Part shown: positions 26,657-36,425 of the stretch, one piece after another
Numbering within the stretch: the first letter of the stretch is position 1
Layout: each line of letters starts with the position of its first letter
From: Thermomicrobiales bacterium
GTDB taxonomy: Bacteria > Chloroflexota > Chloroflexia > Thermomicrobiales > CADCWN01
NCBI GenBank assembly: GCA_030446685.1
Contig: JAUJMV010000002.1
Coordinates: 140,878-204,877, forward strand
DNA: 64,000 bases
Reading direction: 5' to 3'
Notes under the pieces: model-generated
The model's database searches: none
What the model was told of the DNA's origin: nothing
What the model saw: only the letters and a program-made list of their open reading frames with translations
Program-made: the position numbers and the translations under genes

Positions 26657-27262
26657 TCAGAGGGTCGTGTCGGGCGCGCCGGCGAAGAGATCGGCCACGG
26701 CGACCCGCAGCGGCAATGTGGGGGAGGCGAGCTGCGCGTCCGCGGTTACCAGCCGGACCTGGGCGTAGTCGCCGAGCGCCGCGTCGGGCTGCCAGCAGAC
26801 CAGCACGTCGCGGGTCGCCGGCCGCACGATCCAGTACTCCGGCACGCCGGCGCGCGCGTAGACCCCGCGCTTGATGTCGGTGTCCTGCTCGGGGTTCGAG
26901 GGCGAGAGGATTTCGGCGATCAGGTCGGGGACGCCGTAGATCCGCCGGTCGTGGATGATCGAGGCGCGATCCTGCCGCACCAGCAGGAAGTCCGGCTGCA
27001 CCGGATCGCAGCCGGGCATCAGCACGCCGATCGGGGCGATGAAGGCATAGGCCAAGCCGGCGTCCTCAGCAGGGTGGCCGATGTAGCGCAGGAACCGCGA
27101 GATGATCCACTGGTGGAAGTTGCTCGGCGAGGTTGTCATGTAGAGCACTCCGTCGATGACCTCGTAGCGGTTGCCATCGTCGGGGAGTTCCCGTTCCCAG
27201 CGCGCGTAGTTCCAGCCCCTGTCGAGCGAGCGGAGGACCAGGGTCGGTGTCGCGGTCGTCAT
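26657..27262 (-). CDS. Uma2 family (DUF820) endonuclease
   Basis: YEVIDGVLYMTTSPSNFHQ...PDLIAEILSPSN...KRGVYARAGVPEYWIV. Confidence 0.8.
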   Translation of the reverse strand: MTTATPTLVLRSLDRGWNYARWERELPDDGNRYEVIDGVLYMTTSPSNFHQWIISRFLRYIGHPAEDAGLAYAFIAPIGVLMPGCDPVQPDFLLVRQDRASIIHDRRIYGVPDLIAEILSPSNPEQDTDIKRGVYARAGVPEYWIVRPATRDVLVCWQPDAALGDYAQVRLVTADAQLASPTLPLRVAVADLFAGAPDTTL

Positions 27263-27387
27263 CGGCGGCCTCCTGCGCTGAAGCGGGCAACCGGGGGCGG
27301 CGAGCGGTCGTCGCCGTGCGGGCAGTATAGCACCGCGACGCCGAGGCGGACGGCGCCGCGTTCTGGGCGATGCCGGCTGTCGGACAG

Positions 27388-28481
27388 CTACCCTCGCGGG
27401 TGGCAGCCGCACTGACCGACGAGGCATTCGGCGGCGATGGTGGTGTCGCCGTCGAAGAGGATCAGGTGGCTGGGGCGCAGTTCGGGGCGGACGCGCGCGC
27501 CGAGCGGGTGGAGGTCGGTCGAGGGGCGCTCGCTGCGGAGGGTCTGCCCGCAGGCGAGGCGCAGCGTGTAGGTCAGCGTGCCGCCGCGGAATTCGCGGTC
27601 GATCACCGTGGCGCAGCCGCCGGGGTCGGGCGTCAGCGCGATGTCCTCCGGCCGCAGGAGCAGCTCGGCACGAGCGCAGGCGGGGAGGCCGGGGTTCGGC
27701 AGGTCGCCCGCCTCGGTCCGGAGCCGCCCGGTGGTGATCGCGGCCGGCAGGAAGTCGGCGCTGCCGAGGAAGCCGGCGACGAAGCGGGTGCGCGGCGCGT
27801 GGTAGAGGCCGGTCGGCGTGTCGACCTGCTCCAGCCGCCCGCCGTTCAGCACCGCCACGCGGTCGGCCATGGCGAACGCCTCGGCCTGGTCGTGGGTGAC
27901 GAGGATGGCGGCGGCGCCCTGGCCGCGCAGGATGTCGCGCACCTCCTGGCGGACGTGCGCGCGCCCGGCGGCGTCGAGGCTGTTGAACGGCTCGTCCAGG
28001 AGGACGGCGGCGGGGCGGGGGGCGAGCGCGCGGGCCAGCGCGATCCGCTGCTGCTGCCCGCCGGAGAGCTGGTGCGGGTAGCGCCCGCCGAGGCCGGCCA
28101 GCCCGATCACGGCGAGGAGCTCGTCCACCCGCGCCGCCCGCTCGCGACCTGAGAGCCCGCGCAGGCCGAACGCGATGTTCCGGGCGACGGTCAGGTGCGG
28201 GAAGAGGGCGTAGTCCTGGAAGACCATGCCGAGGCGCCGGCGCTCGGGCGGCGCCCAGGCGCCGGCCCCCGCCACCCGCCGCCCACCGACGAAGACCTCG
28301 CCGGCGTCGGGCCGCTCGAAGCCGGCCAGCAGGCGCAGGGTCGTGGTCTTGCCGCAGCCGCTCGGCCCGAGGACCGCCAGGATCTCGCCGGGGTGCAGCG
28401 CCAGGGAGAGCCCGCGACGGCGGGGCGACCCGCGCCGGGGTAGGTCTTGGCGACGCCGACCAGTTCGACCACGGGGGGCAT
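27388..28481 (-). CDS. ABC transporter ATP-binding protein (FbpC/PotA-like), one apparent frameshift near 28420
   Basis: LGPSGCGKTT is recovered after shifting frame. LSGGQQQRIALARAL and LLDEPFNSLD are also present. Confidence 0.8.
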
Positions 28482-28801
28482 GGCGGGCTCGATGTGGCGG
28501 GTGGCGCGCGCGTCGTGCTCGGTGACGGCGATCGTCACCGGCTCCAGTGCCGGGCTCTCCGTCCGCTTCCGGCCTCTCAGCGCGAGCATCCGTCCCCCTT
28601 CCATCCTTCCGCGTTGCCCTCGTCTATAGATTACCCTGTCTGAGGTTGAATGGGAAGTGTTCGTATATGCTTATCCCGCCGTCTGCCGTTCCCGCGCGCG
28701 TCGGCGGCGAATACGCCCGACCTTCGCCGCTATCCTCCAGCGATACAGTGTTCGTGTACGTGAAATCTGTACAGCTTCCGCCAGCGATCGCGAGGGATGT
28801 A

Positions 28802-29092
28802 ATGTCGGGGACCACGGTCAGCTACACCGAGGCGCGCGAACGCCTCGCCGAATTATGGGACCGGGTTGTCGCGGATCGGGAGCCGATCCGCCTCACCCGG
28901 CGCGGCGCCGCCCCGGTGGTGCTGATCGCCGCCGCCGAGTACGAGGGCTTGCTGGAGACCGCCCACCTGCTGCGCTCGCCAGCGAACGCCGCACGGCTCC
29001 TGGCGGCGCTGGAGCGCGCGCGGGCCGGGACCGGCGCCCCACAATCGCTCGACAGCCTGCGCGCCGACGTGGAACGTGCCGACGAAGGGTAG
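28802..29092 (+). CDS. Phd/YefM family antitoxin, no cognate toxin seen
   Basis: MSGTTVSYTEARERLAELWDRVVADREPIRLTRRGAAPVVLIAAAEYEGLLETAHLL. Confidence 0.75.
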   Translation: MSGTTVSYTEARERLAELWDRVVADREPIRLTRRGAAPVVLIAAAEYEGLLETAHLLRSPANAARLLAALERARAGTGAPQSLDSLRADVERADEG

Positions 29093-29196
29093 GTCGCGGG
29101 GCCGGCCGCCCGCAGCCCTCGCGGCGTGTCCTCCGTGCCGAGACAAAGCGCCGCGCTGGAGAAAGTGTGGGTGAGCCGTGACCCTGGCGACGACCG

Positions 29197-30921
29197 TCAC
29201 CCCGCCCCCTCGCCCCGCGCGTCCGGCGCGACGCCCGGCTGCCGCACCAGCAGCAGGATCAGCCAGGGCAGGCCGACCAGCACGACCAGCAGCAGCGCGA
29301 TCGCCGCGGCGCGCGGGTCGGGGCCGACGTCCAGCGTGTAGGTCCAGATGCGCACCGGCAGCGTGTCGAAGCCGGGCGGGCGCAGGATGATCGTCGCGGC
29401 GAGCTCGCGCAGCGCCAGCACGAACGACAGCAGCCAGGTCCCGGCGATCCCCGACCAGGCCAGCGGCCCGACGACCCGGAACGCCGCGGCGACCGGGCCG
29501 TGCCCGAGGGCGCGGACCGCCTCCTCCATCTGGGGCGGCACCTGCGCCAGCGCGGCGCGCACCCCCTGCAAGGTCGGCGCGGCGAAGAGGACGAGGTAGG
29601 CGAGGGGCAGCAGCAGCGGCGTGCCGTAGAGCGGCGGGAAGAAGTCGAGCGCGAGCGGGACGAGGCTGAGGCCGAGGACAGTCCCCGGCACCGCGTAGCC
29701 GGTCTGGAGGAGCGCGCCCGCCAACCGCCCGCCGCGCCCGCGCCAGCCCTGCCAGCCGATGATCCCCGCGAGGATCAGCGCCAGGGTCGAGCCGGCGAAG
29801 GCCACGCGCAGGCTGTTCCAGAGGAAAGGCCACTGCTCGAGCAGGAAGGCGCCGATCGCGTGCGGCGGGCCGATCTTGAGCGCCTGGAAGAGCAGCAGGC
29901 CGAGCGGCAGGGCGAGGGTCAGGCCGGTGACGAGGGTCAGGTAGGCCAGCGCGACCCAGCGCCAGCGCCCGAGCGGCGTGACGGCCCCCGCGACGGCCCT
30001 GGTGCGCGCGCTCGACCCGGCGTAGCGCGCCCCGCCGAGCGCGCGCCCCTGGAGGACCAGCACGCCGAGGACGATCGCGACCAGCACCAGCGAGAGCCCC
30101 GCCGCCGCCGCGAGGCTGGAGCCGGCCAGCAGGTAGGTGTAGACGACGGTGGTGAAGGTGCGCGCCCGCAGGAGCGAGACGACGCCGAAGTCGACCCAGG
30201 CGTAGACGAAGACGAGCAGCCCGCCCGCCAGGAGCGCCGGGCGCAGCAGCGGCAGCGTCACCCGCCGGAAGACCTGCGCGGGCGCGTGGCCCAGGCCGCG
30301 CGCCGCGTCCTCCAGCGCCGGGTCGATCCGGGTCAGCGCGCCGTAGACGTTCAGGAAGACGTAGGGGGCGGTGAAGAGGCCGAGGACGAAGGCGGCGCCC
30401 CACGGCCCGAAGATCGGGGCGGCGAAGGGGACCTGTGTCGCCGGCCTCCCGAGCAGACCGGCGAGCGCCTGGTGCAGCAGCCCGCCCTTGCTCAGCAGCA
30501 TGATGTAGACGAGCGCGCCGACGTAGGGCGGGATCGCCAGCGGCAGCGGCCCCAGCCAGCGGAAGATCCGCCGGCCCGGCACGTCGGTCCGCGCGACGAG
30601 CCAGGCCCACGGCGCCCCAACCGCGACCGCCCAGAGGGTGGTGGCGGTCGCCAGCAGCGCCATCCGCGCGATTAGCGGCCCGATCTGCGCCCGCTGCAAC
30701 CCCCGCCACAGCTCGGTGGCGCTCGCCTCGCCCGCCAGGGCGATCAGGTAGAGCAGCGGCAGCACCACCGGCGCGGCCAGCAGGAGCGTCGGGAGGGCGA
30801 GGAGCGTGGAGCGTAGGGCGTGGAGCGTAGGGCGCGGGGCGTGGATGGAGCGCGGCGCTCCCCGTGGCCCGGCTTCCCGAACCTTCGCCGGGGATTCCGT
30901 GTCCGCCGCCCGCGTCTCCAT
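29197..30921 (-). CDS. ABC transporter permease, two-domain 12-TMS type (FbpB/ThiP-like), start uncertain
   Basis: Intact long hydrophobic ORF 29197..30948. The ATG at 30921 lies between the arms of the 30801-30951 hairpin. Confidence 0.8.
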   Translation of the reverse strand: METRAADTESPAKVREAGPRGAPRSIHAPRPTLHALRSTLLALPTLLLAAPVVLPLLYLIALAGEASATELWRGLQRAQIGPLIARMALLATATTLWAVAVGAPWAWLVARTDVPGRRIFRWLGPLPLAIPPYVGALVYIMLLSKGGLLHQALAGLLGRPATQVPFAAPIFGPWGAAFVLGLFTAPYVFLNVYGALTRIDPALEDAARGLGHAPAQVFRRVTLPLLRPALLAGGLLVFVYAWVDFGVVSLLRARTFTTVVYTYLLAGSSLAAAAGLSLVLVAIVLGVLVLQGRALGGARYAGSSARTRAVAGAVTPLGRWRWVALAYLTLVTGLTLALPLGLLLFQALKIGPPHAIGAFLLEQWPFLWNSLRVAFAGSTLALILAGIIGWQGWRGRGGRLAGALLQTGYAVPGTVLGLSLVPLALDFFPPLYGTPLLLPLAYLVLFAAPTLQGVRAALAQVPPQMEEAVRALGHGPVAAAFRVVGPLAWSGIAGTWLLSFVLALRELAATIILRPPGFDTLPVRIWTYTLDVGPDPRAAAIALLLVVLVGLPWLILLLVRQPGVAPDARGEGAG

Positions 30922-30951
30922 CGTCGCTCTACGCTCTACGCTCCACACCCT
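30801..30951. repeat. heptamer-array hairpin, unit GGAGCGT
   Basis: ggagcgt ggagcgt agggcgt ggagcgt agggcgc ggggcgt at 30801-30842 versus acgctct acgctcc acaccct at 30931-30951. The right arm overlaps the stop codon of the binding-protein gene. Confidence 0.8.
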
Positions 30952-32211
30952 ACTGCCCGCCCCCGAGGATCGGGGTGAACAGGTCGACCACGCGCTTCTC
31001 GATGTCGGCCAGCTTCGCGTAGTCGGTCGTCGGGCGCTTGATCTCGTCGATCGGCTTCACGCCGGGGGCCGCCGCCTCGCCGAGGCCGACGCCCGGCGTC
31101 AGCGGGAACTCGTTCTCCTGCGTCGTCAGCGGGAGCTGGCCCTCCTGGCTGAGCGCGAAGTCGACGAACGCCCGCGCCTGGGCCTGGTTCTTCGCGCCCT
31201 TGAGGATGCTGACCGCCAGCGGCACGACCAGCGTGCCGCCCTCGTTCGGCCCCTGGTCGGGGTAGATCAGCCCGACCGGCTGGCCCTCGCGCTTCGCCGG
31301 CACGTAGTAGTAGTGGTTGACCAGCCCGTAAGTGACCTCGCCGCGGCTGACCGCGTTGGCGACCTCGGTGTGGTTCGCCAGCACCTTCAGCCCGTTCGCC
31401 TTGAGATCATTGATGTACTTGACGGTGAAGTCCTCGCCCCGCTCCTGGATCATCGAGGCGAGCCAGAGCTTGACGCTGCCCTCGCGGATCGAGGCCATCG
31501 CGACCTTGCCCCGGTACTTCGGGTCGGTCAGTTCGTAGACCGACTTCGGCAGTTCCTCCGGCTTGGCGAGGTTGGTGTTGTACATGATGTTGCGCGAGCG
31601 CCCGATCGTGCCGGTCCAGGCGCCGTCCGCCGCCTTGAACTCGGCCGGGATCTTCGCCGCGTTCGGCGAGACGTACGGCTCGAGCAGCCCCTTCTGGCGC
31701 AACGCCTCGGCGCTGGCGGCGTCGGTGGTGAAGAGGACGTCGCCGAGGGTGTTGCCGCGCTCGCGCTCGATCAACTGCGCCAGTTCGCCGGCGCCGCCGC
31801 TCTTCAGGGTGACCTTCACGCCGGTCTGCCGCTCGAACGCCTCGACCAGCGGCTTCATCAGCTCTTCCTTACGGGCCGAGTAGATCACCAGGTTGCCGCC
31901 GACGCGGCCGACCGGGCTGGCGGCCGCGGCCGGGGCGCCGGCGGGCGCGGCCGCGCGGGTCGCGGTGCTGGTCGCCCTGGCGGTGGCGGTGCCGGTGGCG
32001 CGGGGGCGGTGGCCGCGGCGCCCGTCGCGGCGGTCGTCGCGGCGGTGGTGCGCGCGCCGGTCGTCGTGGCGCCGGTCACGCCGGCCCCGGTCGTGGGGGT
32101 CGGATTCGCGCCGGTGCCGGCGCCGGGCGTCGCGGCCGGGGCGCCGCCGCACGCGGCGACGATCAGCGCGATCAGCAGCAGGGACAGCGGCATCAGCAGC
32201 TTTCTGTACAT
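30950..32211 (-). CDS. ABC transporter substrate-binding lipoprotein (Fe3+/FbpA-like), frameshift in the low-complexity linker near 32000
   Basis: MYRKLLMPLSLLLIALIVAACGG is a lipobox, followed by a T/A/G/P-rich linker and then NLVIYSARKEELMKPLVEAFERQTGVKV.... Confidence 0.8.
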
Positions 32212-32343
32212 CAACTCCCGTCTCCGTCTCTCCACAACTCCCTCACCCCCTCGCGGCCACGCCTACCCGGTCGCCGTTGCGCCGGCTCCGGAACCGGCGG
32301 CGTTGGCACCTCGGCGTGACTTAGAAGGAATGAACGCCCAACG

Positions 32344-32391
32344 TTAGGACGTGCTAATCCGAACGATACCAACGCTCTTCCATCCTGTCAA
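32344..32391 (-). promoter_or_regulatory. promoter candidate (TTGACA-17-TATCGT on the minus strand) with an adjacent 14-bp imperfect palindrome
   Basis: Minus-strand TTGACA at 32386-32391 and TATCGT at 32363-32368. Palindrome TTAGGAC.GTGCTAA at 32344-32357, downstream of the -10. Confidence 0.3.
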
Positions 32392-32584
32392 ACGCCATCG
32401 CCCCTTGCGCGAGGTCGGGGGCGCCGCGCGTGCGCGACGCGGGGCGCGATTCGCGGGGGGAGTGGGGGCGGTCGCGGGGCGGGCGAGGCGCCGCGCTCGC
32501 GGGGGCAACTGCTATAGTTGACCGCGCGCATGAGGGAGAGCCGGGCGCGGTTCTCGCCGCGCGAGCGTTGTGGGGGATAGGGGG

Positions 32585-34357
32585 ATGACGACGGACCAGG
32601 TCGCGCCGGGGCGGGTGAGCACCACCGCCGGTGGGGCATTCGCGGCTCGACCGTGGTTGAGCCAGTATGCCGCCGGCGTCCCGCCGACGCTCGACTACCC
32701 CGATCTGACGCTGCCGGGCCTCTTCGCCGAGGCGGTGCGGCGGCACGGGGACCGCCCCGCGCTAACCTACTTCGGCAGCACGCTGACCTACCGCGACCTC
32801 GACCGGCTGACCGCGCGCTTCGCCAACCGCCTGCGCGCGCTCGGGCTGCGCCGGGGCGACCGCGTGCTGGTGATCCTGCCGAACCTGCCGCAGTTCCCGA
32901 TCGCGCACTTCGGCACGCTACGGGCGGGCGGCGTGGTCGCGGCGATCTCGCCCCTGCTGGTGGAGCGCGAGATCGAGCAACTGGCGCGCGACGCGGGGGT
33001 TAGGATCGTCGTCGTCCTCGACAGCTTCTACGAGAAGGTCGCCGGGCTGCACGCGCGGGGCGTCGTGGAGCGGGTGATCGTCGCCGCGCCGGACGAGTAC
33101 CTGGCCTGGCCCAAACGCCTGCTCTACCCGCTGAAGCGGGAGGGGGCGCGGCCGGACGTGCCGGACCGCCCGGCGCGGGGCCTCTACCGCTTCCGCCGTC
33201 TGCTCGCCGGCGCGGACGACCGCGCGCCCGCCGTCGCGCTCGCGCCCGACGCGGTCGCCACCTTCCAGTACACGGGCGGGACGACCGGCCTGCCGAAGGC
33301 GGCGATGCTGACCCACCGCAACCTGATCGCCAACACGCTGCAGACCCGCGCCTGGGTGCCGGATCTGCGCCCCGGCGCGGAGGTGATCCTGTCGGTGATG
33401 CCCTTCTTCCACGCCTACGGCGCGACCCTCTGCCTGCACCTGGCGACCCTGATGGGCGCGCAACAGGTGATCCTGCCCCGCTTCGCCACCGCCGAGGTGC
33501 TGGCGGCGATCGCCAAGCACCGGCCGACCGTCTTCCCCGGCGTGCCGATGATGTACGTGGCGATCGCCGCCGCGGCGCGCGACAACCCCGCCGTGGCGCG
33601 CGGCCTGACCTCGATCCGCCACTGCATCAGCGGGGCGGCGCCGCTGCCGGTCGAGGTGCGGCAGGAGTTCGAGCGGCTGACCGAGGCACACCTGGTCGAG
33701 GGCTACGGCCTCAGCGAGGCGTCGCCGGTGACGCACTGCAACCCGCTCGACGGGCGCGCCCGCGCCGGGGCGATCGGCCTGCCCTTCCCCGACACGGAGG
33801 TGCGGCTGGTCGATCCGCTGACCGGCGCGGACGCGCCGGCGGGCGGGATCGGGGAACTGGCGGTGCGCGGGCCGCAGGTGATGGCGGGCTACTGGCGGCG
33901 CCCCGAGGAGACCGCCGAAACCCTACGCGACGGCTGGCTCTACACCGGCGACATCGGCGGGATGGACGCGGACGGCTTCTTCGCGATCGTCGACCGCAAG
34001 AAGGACGTGATCATCACCGGCGGCGAGAACATTTACCCGCGCGAGATCGAGGAGGTGCTCTACAGCCACCCGCGGGTCCACGAGGCGGTCGTCCTCGGGG
34101 TGGCGCACGAGGTCGCGGGCCAGGTGGTCAAGGCCTTCATCGTGCCGCGCCCCGGCGAGACGCTGACCCGCCGCGAGGTGCTGATCTACTGCGGCGAGCG
34201 GCTGGCGAAGTACAAGGTGCCGCGCCAGATCGAGTTCCGCGACAGCCTGCCGAAGACGCTGACCGGCAAGGTCCTGCGCCGCGCCTTGCAGGAGGAGGAG
34301 CGGGGCGGGGGCGCGGCAGGGGCGGGGCACGCCGCGCGCAACGGAGCGGCGGAGTGA
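32585..34357 (+). CDS. fadD: long-chain-fatty-acid--CoA ligase
   Basis: TFQYTGGTTGLPKAAMLTH is an AMP-binding motif; YTGDIGGMDADGFFAIVDRKKD also present. Intact. Confidence 0.85.
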   Translation: MTTDQVAPGRVSTTAGGAFAARPWLSQYAAGVPPTLDYPDLTLPGLFAEAVRRHGDRPALTYFGSTLTYRDLDRLTARFANRLRALGLRRGDRVLVILPNLPQFPIAHFGTLRAGGVVAAISPLLVEREIEQLARDAGVRIVVVLDSFYEKVAGLHARGVVERVIVAAPDEYLAWPKRLLYPLKREGARPDVPDRPARGLYRFRRLLAGADDRAPAVALAPDAVATFQYTGGTTGLPKAAMLTHRNLIANTLQTRAWVPDLRPGAEVILSVMPFFHAYGATLCLHLATLMGAQQVILPRFATAEVLAAIAKHRPTVFPGVPMMYVAIAAAARDNPAVARGLTSIRHCISGAAPLPVEVRQEFERLTEAHLVEGYGLSEASPVTHCNPLDGRARAGAIGLPFPDTEVRLVDPLTGADAPAGGIGELAVRGPQVMAGYWRRPEETAETLRDGWLYTGDIGGMDADGFFAIVDRKKDVIITGGENIYPREIEEVLYSHPRVHEAVVLGVAHEVAGQVVKAFIVPRPGETLTRREVLIYCGERLAKYKVPRQIEFRDSLPKTLTGKVLRRALQEEERGGGAAGAGHAARNGAAE

Positions 34358-35167
34358 GACGGAGGGCGGCGGGGGGGCGGACGGTAGGTGATGGGGGCTG
34401 GGGAGGGGGCCGATGGGTTGAAACCCATCGCTCGACGCGGCCGGTGCGAAGCGCCCGGCCCGCCTGTCACCTCTGAGATGGGGATGGAGCTTGGCACGCG
34501 GCGGAAGTCGCCTCTCGGGCCGGGCCTGGCCTGCGGCGAGCGACTGGCGAAGTTGCCGCGCCGCGAGTTCCGCGACAGCCTGCCGGCTGACCGGCAAGGT
34601 CCTGCGCCGCACCTTGACGGGCGGGGGCGCCAGAGGCACGGCGCGCACCGCGCACTGTGCGTGCGGAAGGGATCATCCGGCGAGAACATTTACCCGCGCG
34701 AGATCGAGGAGGTGCTCTACAGCCACCCGCGGGTCCACGAGGCGGTCGTCCTCGGGGTGGCGCACGAGGTCGCGGGCCAGGTGGTCAAGGCCTTCATCGT
34801 GCCGCGCCCGGGCGAGACGCTGACCCGCCGCGAGGTGCTGATCTACTGCGGCGAGCGGCTGGCGAAGTACAAGGTGCCGCGCCAGATCGAGTTCCGCGAC
34901 AGCCTGCCGAAGACGCTGACCGGCAAGGTCCTGCGCCGCGCCTTGCAGGAGGAGGAGCGGGGCAGGGCGCGGCAGGGGCGGGGCACGCCGCGCTCAACGG
35001 AGCGGCAGGGAGAGACGGAGGGCGGGGGGGCGGACGGTAGGTGAGGAGGGGGCCGATGGGTTGAAACCCATCGCTCGCGGGCCTGCGGCCACGAAGCCCG
35101 CCTACGCGGGCTGAGATGGGGATGGATGGCCCAGCACGCGGCAGTCGCCTCTCGGGCCGGGCCTGGC
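34009..35167. repeat. tandem duplication of the fadD 3' end plus a REP-like element (copy A 34009-34530, degraded mini-copy 34531-34669, copy B 34670-35167)
   Basis: GENIYPREIEEVLYSHPRVHEA...LRRALQEEERG is encoded twice at near-identical nucleotide sequence. REP-like hairpins gatgggtt-gaa-acccatc lie at 34412-34429 and 35055-35072. Confidence 0.85.
34670..35044 (+). pseudogene. orphan copy of the last ~110 codons of fadD
   Basis: C-terminal half of ORF 34388..35044 is identical in protein to the end of the fadD ORF. It has no N-terminal domains. Confidence 0.8.
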
Positions 35168-35235
35168 ACCGGGCATGCGGAAGTGTGGAGGTGGTCGGGA
35201 CGAGAGGCGGCGGCAGTATAGTGCCGGATAGGGGG

Positions 35236-36216
35236 ATGTCAATGGGCGACAACGCAGGGCAGGAAGTCGGCGCGCGGCGGGGTGCGGTGCAAGTGGTGGC
35301 CGCCGATCTGGCCTGCCTGGCGCAGCCGATCGTCAACGTCTACTTCGTCGGGCCGCCAGGGGCGGGTGATCGCGGCTGGGTGCTGGTCGACGCTGGGCTG
35401 CCCGGCTCGGACGGGCAGATCACGCGCGTGGCGGAGGAGCGCTTCGGCCTGGCGGCGCGACCGGCGGCGATCGTGCTGACGCACGGGCATTTCGACCACG
35501 TCGGCGCGCTGCCGGAACTGGCCGAGCAGTGGGACGCGCCCGTCTACGCGCAAGAACTGGAACTGCCCTACCTGACCGGCCGCTCCGCCTATGCCCCGCC
35601 CGACCCGACGGTCGGCGGCGGCGCGATGGCCCGGCTGTCGCCGCTCTACCCGCGCGGCCCGATCGATCTCGGGGCGCGGGCGCGGGCGCTGCCGGCCGAC
35701 GGGCGCGTGCCGGAATTGCCCGGCTGGCGCGCGATGCACACCCCCGGACACTCGCCCGGGCACGTCTCGCTCTTCCGCGAGGCCGATCGGGTGCTGATCG
35801 CCGGCGACGCGTTCGTGACGACGAAGCAGGAATCGGCGATCGCGGCGCTCGCCAAGCCGCAGGCCGTCCACGGCCCGCCGGCCTACTTCACCCACGACTG
35901 GGGCGCGGCGCGGCGCTCGGTCGAGGCGCTGGCCGCGCTGCGCCCGGAGGTCGCGGCCACCGGCCACGGCTGGCCGATGCGCGGCGAGCGGCTGCAACAG
36001 GAGTTGCAGACCCTGGCGCGCGACTTCGCCCACCTCGCCGTGCCGGCCCACGGGCGCTACGTGGACCAGCCGGCGGTGATGGACGAGCGCGGAGTGGTCA
36101 GCGTGCCGCCGCCCGTCCCCGACCCGCTGCCGGCGGTGCTCGCCGGCGTCGGGGCTGTCGCCGCGGCGGCCGGCGCCGCCCTGGTCGCGCTCCGCCGCCG
36201 CAACAGCGGCGGGTAG
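35236..36216 (+). CDS. MBL-fold metallo-hydrolase with a C-terminal membrane anchor
   Basis: THGHFDHVGALPEL and HTPGHSPGH. The C-terminal LPAVLAGVGAVAAAAGAALVAL stretch is hydrophobic. Confidence 0.8.
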   Translation: MSMGDNAGQEVGARRGAVQVVAADLACLAQPIVNVYFVGPPGAGDRGWVLVDAGLPGSDGQITRVAEERFGLAARPAAIVLTHGHFDHVGALPELAEQWDAPVYAQELELPYLTGRSAYAPPDPTVGGGAMARLSPLYPRGPIDLGARARALPADGRVPELPGWRAMHTPGHSPGHVSLFREADRVLIAGDAFVTTKQESAIAALAKPQAVHGPPAYFTHDWGAARRSVEALAALRPEVAATGHGWPMRGERLQQELQTLARDFAHLAVPAHGRYVDQPAVMDERGVVSVPPPVPDPLPAVLAGVGAVAAAAGAALVALRRRNSGG

Positions 36217-36425
36217 CGGGCGGCCCCCCTCGGATAGGAGGGGCCTGGCGGCTTCAGCCGCCACTGCTCCCCCCTACCTGCCCCCCTCGCCTGGTGGCGC
36301 TCCGCCGTTCCGCCCCCGGCTAACCCGCGCGCGGCCGTGGTATAGTGTGCCGGATACGCGACCAGCCCAATCGCTGCCGTTGCCCGCCGCGGTCGTGACC
36401 GCGGGGGTCGCTCAGGAGGAGCGGA

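Noticed and set aside
29093-29196. A possible toxin partner (YoeB, Doc or ParE) downstream of the Phd/YefM antitoxin.
   Set aside because: Only ~100 nt remain before the convergent permease stop. None of the three frames gives a toxin-like sequence.
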